DNA from: Bispira polyomma
Taxonomy: Eukaryota
NCBI GenBank assembly: GCA_965649765.1
Contig: OZ287755.1
Location: forward strand, 44,578,001 to 44,642,000
DNA: 64,000 bases
Direction of reading: 5' to 3'
Within the stretch, counting starts at the first letter, position 1; each line of letters starts with the position of its first letter. Under the pieces are notes generated by a model that was given only the letters and a program-made list of their open reading frames with translations, made no database searches and was not told the DNA's origin. The position numbers were made by a program, and so were the translations under genes. Shown piece by piece: positions 10,278 through 23,740 of the stretch.

Positions 10278-10319
10278 ATTGTATTGCAATAAAATCCAAT
10301 TGTCTATTGTGCTTCTTGT

Positions 10320-11044
10320 TCAGTTTATATCTGAGGACCACACACTTTCTATCTCATTGTTCCTTTTCCTCCATCTGGCTTTCATCAGCAATTCAAAATT
10401 TTTAGGGGTTAGGTCTTCATTTATATAGACATTTCTTACATTATGTTTAAACAGTTTCTTTCTGGCACCGTGGATCTCTCTTTTCTTAGCATAGGAGGTG
10501 AAGATGATCTTTGTGAATTTAGAATTGCCGTTTTTCCCTTTTAGAGGAATAATTTGAAGGATATCTGAGCTCACTATATTCACATTTAACATATCTTTGG
10601 CGAAGATAGAAAATTTGTTAATCATGACATCCCTATTTGAAGGGGTTGGGGGTCTTTGTTCCTCACTGCCATTACCATTTACTGTCTTGGGTGTTGTCGC
10701 AGAATTTGAGTGGTCTTTTACCGTTATCGCGAAGGTTTTTAGCTCAATCCGGATACAATAACATTATTGAGCTTGTCTTTCTGCTCAATGTCTTCTGACG
10801 GTGATGACAAACTTTCGATTTGCTCATCTTTCTCCAGTATTTTTTTCTTCAGATCCTGCACATCTATATTCAAATTAGTTATTTTTTCCTGCGTTTCTTT
10901 ATCTTTTCTACATAAATACACCATCTTTTCACATAGAAAAGACAATGACTTCTTAATTACTAAAATGTTTTTACTGACCTCCTCCTTATCATCATCTTCT
11001 TCTTGGAGCATTTGTACAAATAATTCAGATTTATTGTTTTCCAT
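10320..11044 (-). pseudogene. Degraded non-LTR retrotransposon ORF1 (CR1/L2-like)
   Basis: Coiled-coil segment followed by NNVIVSGL and VYINEDLTPKN...LLMKAR...VWS motifs; frameshifted into two ORFs. Confidence 0.7.
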
Positions 11045-12829
11045 TTTTTCCCCTGTATTATTCGAATTGTTATCTTTGTTTTATTATTGGCCATTTTTTC
11101 GTCTTACATACAGTGCACAAAACCTCATCATCTAGACATATGTCTAATGTTACATGTTTTGATGAATCTGCCTTGCAGTCATAACATTTTCTATTATTGA
11201 TCGGCATTTTTGGTGTTTGTTATTGTTTATATCCTTTCATTTAGCTTCCATGCGCAGTGACCTGCGCTGTGTTTGAAAATTTTTTTTTGCATTCAAATTA
11301 AAACAAAACCTCTCTGGTTTTTATAATAAGGATGTTCACTGATGTTTTAAATATCTTTTGCATAATTTTACTGATTATCACGAACTACATAATTTCTTGA
11401 GATTTATTCTTTTTGAGCAATTTCCAAAAAAAGCTCGTCTTGCACACGCATGCACATATATCTAAGCTGGTGTACTTCTCACTGGCCCAGGTCTGCTTGT
11501 AAATGTAACACTTATGACAGACTTGGGCAACAAACTCTTCTTTACCAAACTAGTAGATTATATAACTAGTTTATTTTATAATAAACCTATGCTGTATTTA
11601 TATATCAGCAAAAGCAATATTGCCTCCTGTTTTGTTTGAATAACTCAGCTAAACTACCAAGAGGTCACGCTGTCCTTGACCTTTTAGACAGTCATTGGAG
11701 GTTATGTGGTTTGGGTTCGCACTAAAAGCCAAACCCTGGTTTCACCACAGATATACCCCTCCTAAAAAGGCCACCGTGACAGCTACTAGACTTTACATTA
11801 CTTTACTTAGAATACTTTTAAAGTTTACAAATTTAGTTTATTTTAGCTAATTTCCTTTTAAAGCGTAAATTTTACTTTTGGCATAAGCATTTTCCTTTAT
11901 TGTTACTGAAATATATTTCAATAAATGTAGATGTCCTTTGCTTTAAATTTTCTAAAGATGTCATTACATAACTTCTTTTACTTTATTCTAGACTGTAAGT
12001 TGCATGTTTTCTACACTTACATGATCTACGCCATGATTGAACTGGTGTAATCCTCACTCATCCTGGTTGCCCAGAATACAGTGCCATACATGTTTACTGA
12101 TTAGATGGCACAGTTTCTTACCCCCCTGAAAATAGCCTTTCTATCTGAGCAAGTATAGCTTTTTTACGCCTTCAATTTTACGCTGCTACCATTCTTGCTA
12201 TTACCTCCACCCCATAGCAGGCATTCTAAGAACAGCAATAGTGTGCTGGTAAGGGTAATTCTTGTACTACCTGATCTACTTCGGGGTGTAGTAGTGCACT
12301 TAGTATTAATCCTGTAAATCAAAACCTCTTGAAACTTTTCTTCTTGGTTCGTGCGCTATAGCAATGTCTATGCACTTTATGTTTTTCGCCCTTCTCCCTT
12401 TATTATATCCGTCATTTCTGCTGAACACATGTCACTTGCGTCTTGCGAGTTATTAAGGTCTTGACAGTTGACAACTATCACATTGGACCACAACTGTTTT
12501 GTGACACAAAGGGTAGGAAGGTCTTGCAATATAGACTTGATGCTTGACAAATGGGGCTTGGGATGTCAGTAGGTCGGTCTAAGTACCCTCGGATATCACC
12601 TGTGTCTCCATAACAGTCACAGGAAGCAAGGGCTCTAGAGTAGTATTCATAAGTGCCGTTGCATTTCGGTGGTGTTGCCTACAGATGGAAGGGTAAAATT
12701 GAGATTCTAGCTGTCCATTAATAAGGCATGGATGACTGTGGAAGACCTGGTTGCAGTACCAGTACGTGCAGCAACTACTGGCTTTGAAGATTTATCACTG
12801 CAAAACAAAATGAATGCGTTGTTTCTTTT

Positions 12830-13215
12830 AAGCATGATCCTGTGTGTGACAGCCAGATGTTCCTCCTTGGGGGTAGGATCAGTGTCCTGATGAGCTTTGG
12901 TAAGAGCCACTTCCGAAGCTCTTGAGAAACGGGAGTAGTGGTTCAAGGTGGCTTGTATCTCCATTTCCACTGGGGTATCTGTTTCTGTGGTACATGACAG
13001 GTGGGTGCCTGTTTGGGGTTATTTTGTTCAATGTCTCTAAAGTTTGAGTTGAGCAGTTGAGGTGTAGCTGACCATGTCGGATCCTGTATAGGATAGAATT
13101 TTACATCAGAGTGGGGTATTCTAATGACTTCCCCTTGCTGAAGTCGTCTTGATTTGCCACCAGAGGGATGAGCAGTAGCGGCAAGAGTAAGGGCCTGGAA
13201 TTTGTTGCCAAGGTA
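12830..13215 (-). pseudogene. Older DIRS gag fragment (same family as 3263-10295)
   Basis: KFQALTLAATAHPSGGKSRRLQQGE...DIEQNNPKQAP closely resembles ORF1 of the intact element. Confidence 0.9.
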
Positions 13216-13216
13216 A

Positions 13217-14877
13217 TTAAGCGTCCCTTGAAAAGGGCGCTTATTTGGTTTCACCCCTGGTTTCCTCACTGCCGCTGCCGCATGGTCTTCCTTGAATATC
13301 TCCTTCAATATTATCTGCGCCAAAATTATTTTTGACAGTTCTCTTAACCCGGAGTGGGAATTTTTTTTCATACTCTTGGCTTTGAACTTTGGCCTACTTA
13401 AATATCAGGTGACCCTGGGGGTGTAAAAGTGCTTGTCACTAGGTTTTCTCAGAAAGTATTCATCATAGCTCAATGAAATTTGGTATGTACCTTGATAAGG
13501 AAATTTTCGGGACGGGAGATGCTGATGAGATTAATCGGATGATAATTGACCGATTGCTAACCGATTGATTTTTATTGAAATGCGAAAAATCGGCACTTTT
13601 TTGCTATCTCAGAAACCATTGGGATTTCGGCTTTTTTTTTGGTATAAGTTGTTCATCTACTTTTTGATTTTATGTATGATGTAAAAATCTCACAGTTCTA
13701 AGTCCAGTACTCAATGAGTACTGAGTACTTCAAATGAGTAGTTTGCTCTATTTTGCTCTATCTTGCACTTTTATCAACTTTTCTTTTGAAGTACTTGTCA
13801 TAGTTCAATGAAATTTAGCATGCACATTGCAAATACCAAAGCATAGATGTCTGTAAATTTTTAGATCAATTTGGTGATAATTGACTGATTGACAGGGTCG
13901 ATCAATCATACAAAATGGGGAAAAAAATGTGTTGAATGGTGCTTTTTTAAGCGTGTGAGGATTTTTTTATTTTTTCATTTTAGACCAATACATGCAGCGC
14001 GTAACTTTTAAAGAATAGCCTGAATTTTTATTTATTTTTTACCCCATCCAAAAATATGCGATCGTTACTGATATAAACCGATTTCAATTTCAAAAATTTC
14101 AAAAATTAAGGTAATTTTTTTTAAACATCCATTATCTCGGAAACGGTGCTAGATAGAGCGATTTCGAGCTCATTTTCGACCCACAGAGTTATTTTTGCTT
14201 ATATGTAAACTTTTAAAAGAATGTTCAATTTTGACGGCCATCTTGAATTTCTGCGTCTTTTTCGAAAATGTCTGTTATCTCGGAAACAGTGCTAGATAGA
14301 GCGATTTGTAGCTAATTTTTGACCCATAGGGTTGATTTTGCGTATATGTAAACTTTCAAAAAAAATTTTAATTTTGGCGGCCATCTTAAATTTCTGCGCC
14401 TTTTTCGAAAATGTCCGTTATCGCGGAAACAGTGCTACATAGAGCGATTTCAAGCTCATTTTCGACCCACTGAGCTGATTTTTTGTTTTAGGTAAACTTT
14501 CAAAAAATTTCACTTTTTGTGGCCATCTTGAATTTCTGCGTATTTTTCGAAAATGTCCGTTATCTCGGAAACTGTGCTAGACAGAGCGATTTCAAGCTCA
14601 TTTTCGACCCACAGGGCTGAGTTCCTTATATGTAAACTTTTGAAGTAATTTTTGATTTGGGCAACCATCTTCAATTTCTGCGTCATTTTGGAAAATGTCT
14701 GTTTTCTCGGAAATGGTGCTGCATAGAGCGATTTTGAGCTTATATTCGACCAAAGGTGCTGATTCTGCTTATATGTCAACTTTTAAACAATATCAAACCT
14801 TGTACACTAAACAATTTCATTATTATTTTAACTTTAGGGACGCTTCGTTTTTGTTATCAAAAACCGTTTTCTAGTTT
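13217..14877 (+). mobile_element. Non-autonomous Helentron-type (HINE/DINE-1-like) element 1
   Basis: 5' aagcgtccct with adjacent inverted agggcgctt; 3' agggacgctt followed by hairpin cgtttttg/caaaaaccg and ctagttt; TT-rich junctions; interrupts the older DIRS copy. Confidence 0.8.
14120..14785. repeat. Tandem array, ~143-bp unit, ~4.5 copies, inside element 1
   Basis: ttatctcggaaac..tgctag recurs at 14132, 14275, 14418, 14560 and 14702. Confidence 0.92.
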
Positions 14878-15300
14878 GAGTGAGGGTGCCTGACTCGGTA
14901 AACAAGCTGCCATCTTATATTTCCAAAAGTTGCTGAGGCAAGAGCTGAAAGCTCTGATACAAACCCTAAAAACTCCATCTGAGAGGAATCACACAGGTCG
15001 AGTAGTATTCATATTAGTAGGGCAAGCTCCATACCAACATTAATCATAAATAAGTCTTTAAGAAAATCCAAATAATAATCGCTAATAATGAGATGTCCAC
15101 AAAATTGCGACCAGTAAAAGAATGGTCAGTGCGCAGCTTCTCACACAGGGTCACATGCTGTCCCGGTCCTAGGAAAGGGCCGAGTGTTGCCGATGGCGAC
15201 CGGTCTGCAACCCCTTTTCTCTTAGAGATTGGTCGTCACCGGCAGGCGAACTACTGGTAAGCACAGTTTCACTGGGTAAGTAATTATATTGCAATAAAAT
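14878..15300 (-). mobile_element. 5' end and ITR of the older DIRS copy
   Basis: Diverged match to 9890-10295, ending gtttcactgggtaagtaattatattgcaataaaat. Confidence 0.9.
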
Positions 15301-17191
15301 AACATAGAATTGCGACTAATGACGTTGGAAAATGCGACACGATGCGACAGCTGATGTGTCTTTGCGGGTACAAACATAAATCAAAGGCGGTTTTAACGTG
15401 AGAGATTTGCCTAAATGATTTGCATTAAAGAAACGGCTTTAACAAGGCAGTCTGTCTAACAACATTTTATACGTATTCTTGCAAGGTTGACGCATACTCA
15501 CACATTGTGACGCATGTAGCCGTCAGGCAACGTGAACTGTCGCAAAGCTCACTCGAAAGTTTATGTTTAAGAACATTTAATTTTGGCAGTTCTTGCGTAT
15601 CCAAATTTCAAACAGTTCGAAATTATTAATTTTTTGCGTGTCATCTCTCACAGGTTATGCATGCTTATGTATATTACGTCAGCAAATACCATGCAAAACC
15701 TACGCAATTTTTTTTTCTAATGACAGCAAACGTGACGGCCAGTGGGACCAGGGCCTAAGTTACTTGTCTATGTAGGCGGACGACACGTTGGTGAAGGTGT
15801 AAAATACCTCCTTCTGCTCCGTTAGTAATGTACCCATGAGTGCCGACCCGTGCCAAGTAACCAAAAGTCGGCCAGTAGTTCAGACGACACCTACCCCACT
15901 GGTTGGGACCTGTGTCTCTAGAAGGGATTTTCCGTGTTAGTAGGCAAGTGTTCAATGTCTTGAATATGGGCCCAGCCCATGAACTACGTAATACTCCTTA
16001 TGGTTTCACGGAAACACCATCCCTTAGAGATGGCTGTCTGGTCCGGGGGTTGGTATCAGCCTCAGAGGCTATATCTTCCTCCTGCCCAGTTGAAATACTG
16101 ATGAATGATTCATGAATATTAATGAATAATCCATCATATTATTAAGAAAAAGATCAATGGATATGCATGGACGTACTTGTCGTGTTAAATGAGAATTTCA
16201 ATGCATTTTTCAAAGAATTTCATAAATATTTTTAAACAAAATCGGCATGATTGTTCTTGAAATATTTTTCAGTTATATGTGCATTAGTTATTTATAATAT
16301 ATGTGCATTGAAGAACATCTCATGAATTGCATGAAATTCTTTGAAATTTCAGTTTGCATGAAAAACCATCGACTTCCTTGAAATTTGCATCTTCAATGAC
16401 AAATTAATTGGCCAATTTAGAAGGACAATTTTAAAAGTGTATTATAAATATTGAAATTTTTCTAAATTTAATAACATTGTGAATGATTCTGTATAAATAA
16501 ATTTAAACCTGAATTTATTTGAAATTTTAACGTAATAACACAATGCTAAAATTATTAAATTAGGTAGGTATCCCTACCTAATTTTTTATAATGACTTTCT
16601 CCTAGCAACGGCCTAGCAACAATTTTGGGACAACGTAATCTCAGAACTTACAAGGACCTCGGCTTTCATATTTGGCATACATGTTAAGTCGGTTTCAAAG
16701 AGGCACCGTTTGTAAATTTGTGTTAATTCAACCAGAATTGAGGGAGAAACAGCCATTTTTTCAGCCATTTAACACACAAAGAGACCGTTTGTAGGCCCAT
16801 CTGTGACTGTGACATCATTCACTTGTCCTGTAGTACTTTGAACTACTTTACATGCCAGTTATGGGGCCTAGCATGATGCAAGATTTGGCCAATGAAAACC
16901 TTGTCTGGGCGTGGCTTAATATAATTTAGGAGTACCAGTCACTATTGATTTTCTGTAACTAGTATTTTGCTTACACAAGCCTGGCCATGACCTTGCTCAT
17001 GTGAACAGTACAGTGGTTTTTAGGAAAACATGTGTTGCAACTTATAGGATTTTTTTTTCTACTAGAACATAGCGTGGTATTATATACAGGATACTTATAT
17101 ATCCCCTCTGTTATCCAAACATGTTGAGTTACATTTTGCAAATATACTATATGACTTATAACAATTAATTTGTTCTGTTCTGTGTGGTCAC

Positions 17192-19736
17192 TTTAAGGTT
17201 ACAGCATGTTTCAGTCATTCCAGATTCTAACTCCAAAACTGCTTCACAACTTTAAGGTTACAGCATGTTTCAATAATTCCGGACTCTCACTCCAAAACTG
17301 CTTGATGGATTTCATTCATATTTGGTACACAGATGTATATGGACCTGAGGAGGAACCCTATTGTATGGTGGCCTTAAACTCCTAAGAGTTAAAATTTTAT
17401 GATGATTTTAAGGTTACAGCATATTTCAATAATTCCGGACTCTCACTCCAAAACTGCTTGATGGATTTCGTTCATATTTGGTACACAGATGTATATGGAC
17501 CTGAGGAGGAACCCTATTGTATGGTGGCCTTAAACTCCTAAGAGTTAAAATTTTATCACAACTTTAAGGTTACAGCATATTTCTGTCATTCCGGACTGTA
17601 ACTCCAAAACTGCTTGATGGATTTCATTCATATTTGGTACACAGATGTATATGAACCTGAGGAGGAACCTTATTGTATGGTGGCCTTAAACTCCTAAGAG
17701 TTAAAATTTTATGATGATTTTAAGGTTACAGCATATTTCCGTCATTCTGGACTCTAACTCCAAAACTGCTTGATGGATTTCATTCATATTTGGTACACAG
17801 ATGTATATGGACCTGAGTAGGAACCTTATTGTATAGTAACCTTAAACTCCTAAGAGTTAAAATTTCATGACGTCTTTAACGTTACAGCATATTTTCGTCA
17901 TTCCGGACTGCAGCTCCAAAATTGCTTGATGGATTTCATTTATATTTGGTACACAGATGTATATGAACCTGAGGAGGAACCTTATTGTATGGTAGCCTTA
18001 AGCTCCTAAGAGTTAAAATTTTATGACAACTTTAAGGTTACAGCATATTTCCGTCATTCTGGACTCTAACTCCAAAACTGCTTGATGGATTTCATTCATA
18101 TTTTGTACACAGATGTATATGGACCTGAGGAGGAACCTTATTGTATGGTGGCCTTAATGGCCTGGTCACACCTACACGTGTTACCGTCCCCCAACGTACC
18201 TAAGCAATATACACTAAAACGTGGTAGTTTCGTGTCAAAGTGACGTCATTTTCATAAAGGGGGAGTCGATTGTGACGTTTTTGTGACATTTCGTGACGAT
18301 GTTAGCACTTATACACACAAAGTGGGGGAAAAAACGGGCCCTTTACTGGTAGGATATCACTACCTACTAGTATGGAGAGCTACTGTACTGCTACTTACTG
18401 GTGCGTTCTGCTTCGTTCTGCTACCTAGTAAAATAATTACAACGAGTGGAGACAATATCACTACTTACTGGGACTTCCTCGCTACCTACTACTACATATA
18501 GCTACTTACTGATACGTCTATGCTACTTTCGGAAACGTTCGGGGACAAACAGAGAAATGGGGAGAAACGGGAGCTGTTTCTGTAGTGTTTCAAACAGTTT
18601 GAAACACTACAGAAAAAAGATGAAACGGAGACTTTTCCGGAACGATATCATCCGTCGTAAAACGTCTCAAAACGTAAAGAAACGATCACAGAAGGGATCC
18701 TCACTTCCTACTACGTTTCAAAACGTTTCCTAAATTCACACAACATGACACAAATGTAGCTCTAGAATGTGTAGGTGTGACCAGGACATAAACTCCTAAG
18801 AGTTAAAATTTTATGACGACTTTAAGGTTACAGCATGTTTCCGTCATTCTGGACTCTAACTCCAAAACTGCTTGATGGATTTCATTCATATTTGGTACAC
18901 AGATGTATATGAACCTGAGAAGAATCCTTATTGTATGGTGGCCTTAAACACCTAAGAGTTAAAATTTCATGACGACTTTAAGGTTACAGTATATTTTAGT
19001 CATTCCGGACTCTTAACTCCAAAACTGCTAGATGGATTTCATTCATAGTTGGTGCACAGATGTATATGAACCTGAGGAGGAACCTTATTGTATGGTGGCG
19101 TTAAACTCCTGAGAGTTAAAATTTCATGACGACTTTAAGGTTACAGCATATTTCTGTCATTCCGGACTGTAACTCCAAAACTGTTAGATGGATTTCATTT
19201 ATATTTGGTACACAGATGTATATGAACCTGAGGAGGAACCTTATTGTATGGTGGCGTTAAACTCCTGAGAGTTAAAATTTTACGACGACTTTAAGGTTAC
19301 AGTATATTTTAGTCATTCCGGACTCTTAACTCCAAACTGCTAGATGGATTTCATTCATAGTTGGTGCACAGATGTATATGAACCTGAGGAGGAACCTTAT
19401 TGTATGGTGGCCTTAAACTCCTAAGAGTTAAAATTTTATGACGACTTTAAGGTTACAGCATGTTTCAATCATTCTGGACTCCCAACTCCAAAACTGCTTG
19501 ATGGATTTCATTCATATTTTGTACACAGATGTATATGTACCTGAGGAGGAACCCTATTGTATGGTGACCTTAAACTCCTAAGAATTAAAATTTTATGATG
19601 ACTTTAAGGTTACAGCATATTTCAGTCATTCCAGACTCTAACTCCAAAACTGCTTGATTGATTTCATTCATATTTGGCACACAGATGTATATGGACGTGA
19701 GGAGGAACCCTGTTGTATGGTGGCCTTAAACTCATA
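17192..19736. repeat. Tandem array, 156-bp unit, ~12 copies, inside element 2
   Basis: tttaaggttacag recurs at 17251, 17407, 17563 ... 19602; interrupted once by a MITE. Confidence 0.95.
18158..18788. mobile_element. PIF/Harbinger-type MITE (631 bp)
   Basis: 20-bp TIR tg(g/t)cctggtcacacctacac; TAA target duplication at 18155-18157 and 18789-18791; neighbouring array units show the empty site gccttaaactcc. Confidence 0.9.
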
Positions 19737-20559
19737 ACAGTATAAGTATTATAATGAGTTTAAAATTATGACCTGTTTGATTACTTCCATACTGTAACAC
19801 AAAACCTTTCTATACACTTTTAAGTTAATATTTGAGGTTAAGAAAATCTGTTCCGTTTCCTTAAAATAAAAGTGATGGTACCACTGCATGCTTGTTTTAT
19901 ACTTCTTTGCGTTTATACAATTTTTTTCTCTCTCCAACTTACCTAAGAGCAGGGGACACAGTAACATTCATCTGATTTCTTGTTTTATTAGACGTTTCGC
20001 CCATGTCTTGTACACACGTTCAGATTGCAAACTGGTACTGTTTATCGCACTGAAGAAGAATATATACTGATAGGTAGCTATACAAAAAATCCATCTTCGT
20101 CGTCTCTTTCTCAGAGCCCTACCTAATTGTGCGACCAATTATTGGTCGCAATTGACATCTTGTTGTGCTAATTACATCAATATGGCTGTATATTTTAATT
20201 ATTAACTGCTAATTACATCAATATGGTTGTATATTTACAATTATTTAATGTAAAATTTTTATGAATAATTTTCTTTACTATTTAAGCTCCCATCAATTTA
20301 CAAATGATTGATGAATCAGTATGGATGTTACTGTCTATTAGATTATTAAATTTACCAATTCAAACAACCTATCCTTATGAAATAAAGAATCACAACGCTT
20401 TATATATTTATTTAAAATCAGATTCTTACACTCACAAAACAGTATTAGTTTACATTTAAAAGAGGCTTTTGATTTTATGAAACAGAATATCCGAAAGTCT
20501 ATATTTTTCAAAAGTTATTGTACTAGGTTTTTTTTCTCTTCGACCCTCAAAACCTTTTG

Positions 20560-20960
20560 AAGGTTATGTGTGTGGCCAATTATCCATTTTCTGTCTCTTG
20601 TATTGTCTTTTTCCAAAATTAGTCTGTGGACAACATCAAACCTGGCACTGTCCAGTGGTGGCCGAGGTTTTTGTCGCCACATTTCACACTTTTTTTGCCA
20701 GTCACAGAAGAGTTGACTAATTCCTCCACACTAAAACAGGCCAGGAGCAAACGTTTGGTTGCTTCATTCAAGTTTCCCTGCATTAACAAGGCTATGTGGC
20801 GCCGCTGTCCCTCTGTCTTCCAATTGTACTTAATGTCCTCAGTCCTAAGACTTTTGGCCAGGGATTCCTCGGTGGGGAGACAATTAAGCACCTCTTTCAA
20901 TGTTTCCTTTTACCTTGACTGTCTTTCTCTTCAGAGACTTGATGTCATCTTTTAAACGTC
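20560..20960 (-). pseudogene. BEN-domain-like coding fragment, copy 1
   Basis: ATKRLLLACFSVEELVNSSVTGKK motif; frameshifted. Confidence 0.65.
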
Positions 20961-21689
20961 TTAAAGACCTGTCATTAAAATACAAAAGAACCAAGTTTAA
21001 AATTCATCATTATTCATCCTGAATATTTAGAATGGTATTTTTATAGCAGTGAACTAATAAAAAAAATTTGTATGGTTTTTTTTGAAAGCAGGTAAAATCC
21101 CAATATCATTTCAAAGATGAGGGACAAAAGTGCAATTTTTGTTCTACATATACATTTTGTATAAAATGTTAGGGATGAGGTCAAATTCATTGGAATGTAT
21201 TTAAATACAAATGATTAATAACATAGACTTGCAATGATGTAGGTAATGTTATGCACAAAGTACTGTTGTGCTGAATATCGAGACCATCTTACAGAAGACA
21301 AGTGTGTAGATTGTGATACTAGAGAATCGGCATTACCATCATGTATTTTGTGTTTAAGTTTCACATGTTCCGATTTACAGGGGAATGACTTGATGTACCT
21401 TTACAATGAAATGATATGATAGAAAACATTTGGATGGTTATTGTCAATGAGTAATTACAAAAAGCATCCTGTAAACTGAAGCATTGAGCATTGACATCCT
21501 TACATAGACGTATAGAAGTGTAACGTATTTCAACTACAAAATTAACCTGCTAGTTTTTGTGCTTGAATTGTGCTAAGTGATTGACTGTTTTTAACTGTCT
21601 TCAATGCATCGCAAATATTCCTTGTTTGGCTGTGTTTGCAATATCAGTTTGCCACTTTGTGTGTACTGGTGGCGGCTAATCCCTATTTC

Positions 21690-21830
21690 CTCCAACCTTT
21701 TATCGGAGGGATCTTTTTTTGGGGGTGTCTTAATCCGCTTATGCCTGCTCTTCTTGTCTGTCTTATATCTCCACTCGTACTGAGCCAGTCTCTCTGGAGA
21801 AATATCTGTGTCGTGGATGTCTGGCTGTGG
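21690..21830 (-). pseudogene. Short DIRS gag-like fragment (partly duplicated at ~22160-22260)
   Basis: SPERLAQYEWRYKTDKKSRHKR resembles ORF1 SPDTLARYERK...RDKKSRHRKR. Confidence 0.5.
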
Positions 21831-22627
21831 TTTCTGTCTAGGATTCACCCTTTGTAAGATTTGATGTGCACCATCATCTGATAACATAATCAGTGTCCCT
21901 AAATTGGCTGGTGCTTGTACTTGTGATGCAACTCCTACTTGTACTTCCCTTCCATCTCAACTTGGGAGTCATGAAATCTGATAGACTGAGACTAGCATCC
22001 CCTGATTTATCCATAGGAACAGGAGTTACAGGTTCTAAGCTGTGTCCATATAGGTATAAAGCATCCGTTTTTGTGCTTAAATTGTGCTGTGTGTAACTGC
22101 ATCGAAGATATTCCTTTGTTCAGCTGTGTTGGCAATATCAATTTCCTACTCTGTGTGTACTGCTGGCGGCTAATCCCTATTTCCTCGAATATTTCATCAG
22201 AGATCTTTTGGGGAGTCTTAATCCGGTTATGCCTGCTCTTGTCTTTCTTATATATTCTCTACAACTGTTAAATTTTTTTTTTTAATAACATAGTGGATGA
22301 TTCTGTATAAATATATTTAAACCTGAATTTGTTAAAATTTTAACGTAATAACACAATGATAAAATTATTGTGCTCACTGCTAATTACATCAATATGGCTG
22401 TATATTTACATTTATTTATTATTAATTATTTTATGAATAATTATCTCCACTATTTAAGCTCCTATCTATTTACAAATGATTGATGAATCAGTATGGATGT
22501 CACTGTCCATTAGATTATTAAATTTACCAATTCAAACAACCTATCTTTATGAAATAAACAATCACAACGCTTTATATATTTATTTAAAATCAGATTCTTA
22601 CACTCACAAAACAGAATTAGTTGACAT

Positions 22628-23170
22628 TTAAAACAGGTTTTTGATTTTATGAAACAGAATGCCCTGTGTGCGGCCAATTATCCATTTTCTGTCTCTTGTA
22701 TTGTCTATTTGCAAAATTAGTCTGTGACAAACATCAAACTTGGCACTGTCCAGTGGTGGCCGAGGATCTTTGTCGCCACATGTCACATTTTTTTTGCCAG
22801 TCACAGAAGAGTTGACTAATTCCTCCACACTAAAACAGGCCAGGAGCAAACGTTTGGTTGCTTCATTCAAGTTTCCCTGCATTAACAAGGCTATGTGGCG
22901 CCGCTGTCCCTCTGTCTTCCAATTGTACTTAATGTCACAGAAGAGTTGACTAATTCCTCCACACTAAAACAGGCCAGGAGAAAACGTTGCTTCATTGAAG
23001 TTTCCTGCATTATTGAGACTATGTGGCAAAGTTCTCCCTCTGTCTTTCCATTGTACTTAATTTCCTCAGTCCTGGGACTTTTGGCCAGGGATTCCTCGGT
23101 GGAGAGACGACGAAGCACCTCTTTCAATGTTTCCTCTACCTTGACTATCTTTCTCTTCAGAGACTTGATA
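22628..23170 (-). pseudogene. BEN-domain-like coding fragment, copy 2 (with internal partial duplication)
   Basis: RLLLACFSVEELVNSSVTGKK...PRPPLD; part of the duplication 16466-16556+20165-21360 vs 22281-23480. Confidence 0.68.
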
Positions 23171-23483
23171 TCATCTTTAAATGTCTTTTAAACAGTCCAG
23201 TTTAAAATTCATCATTTAAGATATTTTATCTTCAGTTTATTATTTATCCTGATTCTTAAGAATACTATTAATTATAGCAATGAATCGATAAAAAAAATAC
23301 GTATGGTTTTTTCGAAAGCAGGGAAAATCCCAATATCATTTTAAGGATGAGGGACAAAATTGCAATTTTTGTTCTGCATATACATTTTGTGTATAAAGTT
23401 AGGGATGGACAGAAGACAAAGTGTGCAGATTGTGATACTAGAGAATCAGCATTACAATCATGTATTTTGTGTTAAAGTTTTGA

Positions 23484-23740
23484 GGGGGCCGCGGTGGCCT
23501 AGTGGTTAGCAAGCATTGCGCTTCACAATCACTGGTCTCTCACCTCTGGGCGGCGTGATTTCGAATCCCGTCGATGCCTATGTGGGAAAGGTGGTAGTTT
23601 CTTACTGTGGGCCGCTGGTTTCTCTGCAGATTCTTGACCGACTGTATGCAGTGTTTCCTCCAGCGTTTCCAACTACCCATCCCAATATAACCTACTAAAA
23701 GGTACTAGAGTGGACGTTAAATATCCAAATTCAAATTCAA
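23484..23740 (+). mobile_element. tRNA-derived SINE
   Basis: A box tggcctagtgg, B box ttcgaatccc, central ggtttctc...tttcctcc, tail (caaatt)n. Confidence 0.85.

Larger units (their letters stand above)
3263..10295 (-). mobile_element. Full-length DIRS1-type tyrosine recombinase retrotransposon
   Basis: ITRs, an ICR matching both termini, AAAAT at both ends, and gag plus RT/RH/MT plus YR coding regions in overlapping frames. Confidence 0.97.
16557..20164 (+). mobile_element. Non-autonomous Helentron-type element 2
   Basis: 5' aattaggtagg/cctacctaatt; 3' cctacctaatt, hairpin tgcgaccaattattggtcgca and cttgtt; the empty site (aaaattatt|gtgct) is visible in the paralogous segment near 22361-22374. 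Confidence 0.88.

Noticed and set aside
12000-12800. Possible Myb/SANT-like or exon-like relic on the minus strand
   Set aside because: Too degraded to support a call by eye
17192-19736. Regularly spaced repeats suggestive of a CRISPR array
   Set aside because: Whole 156-bp units repeat with no unique spacers, there are no cas genes, and the context is eukaryotic; the same applies to the 143-, 66-, 47-, 40- and 33-bp arrays
23484-23570. Possible tRNA genes (also 43945 and 57490)
   Set aside because: A/B boxes are present but there is no complete cloverleaf, and they continue into SINE bodies and tails
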